Assembly: GCA_900088475.1 (NCBI GenBank)
Contig: FLMG01002343.1
Span: 13,698-77,697 of the forward strand
DNA length: 64,000 bases
Reading direction: 5' to 3'
Source of the DNA: Hyphochytrium catenoides
Lineage: Eukaryota > Protista > Hyphochytriomycota
In this document: positions 63,150 to 64,000 of the stretch, piece after piece
Position numbering within the stretch: position 1 is the first letter of the stretch
Layout of the letters: the number at the start of each line of letters is the position of its first letter
Notes under the pieces: generated by a model
The model's input: only the letters and a program-made list of their open reading frames with translations
What the model was told of the DNA's origin: nothing
Database searches by the model: none
Position numbers and translations under genes: made by a program

Positions 63150-64000
63150 ATATGTTGATGATGTCTGAAGCTCTGTCTAGATGAACAGATAACAAAGAGA
63201 CTTGATGAAGATTATGTGTCAATTGACTGAATGACTGCGTCTCTCTTGGTGCTCTCCCAATCAATCTGCTCAAAAGAAGAGGTCAGGGAAGTCCCCTCGC
63301 TCAGATCTCTCTTCATCCATAACACAGTCTTACTACCGGTAATGGCTATGCCTCTAAGAGCTAGGCCTGTATAGAGAGTGACTACTGACAACGAGCATCG
63401 TATCATTCAACACTCCCCCTACCTAGCTTCTTTGAATTGTCAGTAGTGGTGGGGGCCCTCATATTGTGATGACTTTACAGAGCTGGGTGGCAATGCCTGA
63501 AGCTTCTGTACGAGGAATCTAGATTGATCACAAGAATAACAAAGTGGGTAGAGATATATGATTGAGATTTCTTTGATTACTGAGTGATGAGGTCGGTCTG
63601 GTCTGCTCTCAGATCTTTGCTCGTCCGACACCTCCCTGCCTTTCCCAATATACAGGTGTACCCGTAACGTCTATGTCCCTGAGAGCTAGGTGTCTATAGA
63701 GAGTGACTACTGTACTCCTGACAACAACCAGCACTGTAGCCTCAACACTCGCTCCCCCTCGCTCATACCTAGCTTCTCTGGACCATCAGTGGCGACGGTC
63801 GATTAAAATCATCAATTTGTCGGTCTCATTCACTCTCTCCACCGCAGACAAGCTAGGTGGGTAGTGGCAAGTGATGAAATTTACAGAGATGGGTGGCAAT
63901 GCCTGAAGCTTCTGTATGAGCACAAGCTAGATGCAATGATAACAAAGGGACTTGATATTGATGTGTGATGGAGATTTCTCTGAATGATCACTCAGTCCTG
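63150..64000. repeat. degenerate tandem repeat, ~330-400 bp period, two clear copies plus one partial
   Basis: GAGCTAGG..TATAGAGAGTGACTACTG at ~63358 and ~63683; GGGTGGCAATGCCTGAAGCTTCTGTA at ~63485 and ~63891; partial ATGTCTGAAGCT...GATAACAAAGAGACTTGAT at ~63161-63207. Confidence 0.8.

Overview
Gene-dense, intron-rich eukaryotic draft sequence with many N gaps. It is probably a stramenopile-like flagellate protist (inference from protein sequences). (GA)n/(CT)n microsatellites saturate the first ~58.5 kb, so most of the ORF track (ERERER/SLSLSL) is artefact. Splicing exons by eye gives 12 supportable genes in order: DUF599-like (+), IQM-family (+), class-2 DHODH (+), RPS15 (-), FAM228-like (-), Qa syntaxin (-), TYW1 (+), FruK/LacC-type PfkB kinase (-) head-to-head with an ETNPPL/PHYKPL-type phospho-lyase (+), 3-domain gelsolin/severin (-), mitochondrial fused E1alpha/beta 2-oxoacid dehydrogenase (-) and NSUN5 (+). 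There are also two MITE-like elements and a degenerate tandem repeat in the microsatellite-free last 3 kb. The most interesting signals are: (1) a polarised intron architecture, (GA)n after the donor and complementary (CT)n before the acceptor, with many weak GTC/GC donors, suggesting structure-assisted splicing; (2) a divergent bacterial-type kinase/phospho-lyase pair; (3) microsatellite-free intergenic islands that share short motifs; (4) a sharp end of the microsatellite domain inside NSUN5. All family calls are motif recognition from memory; no searches were run.
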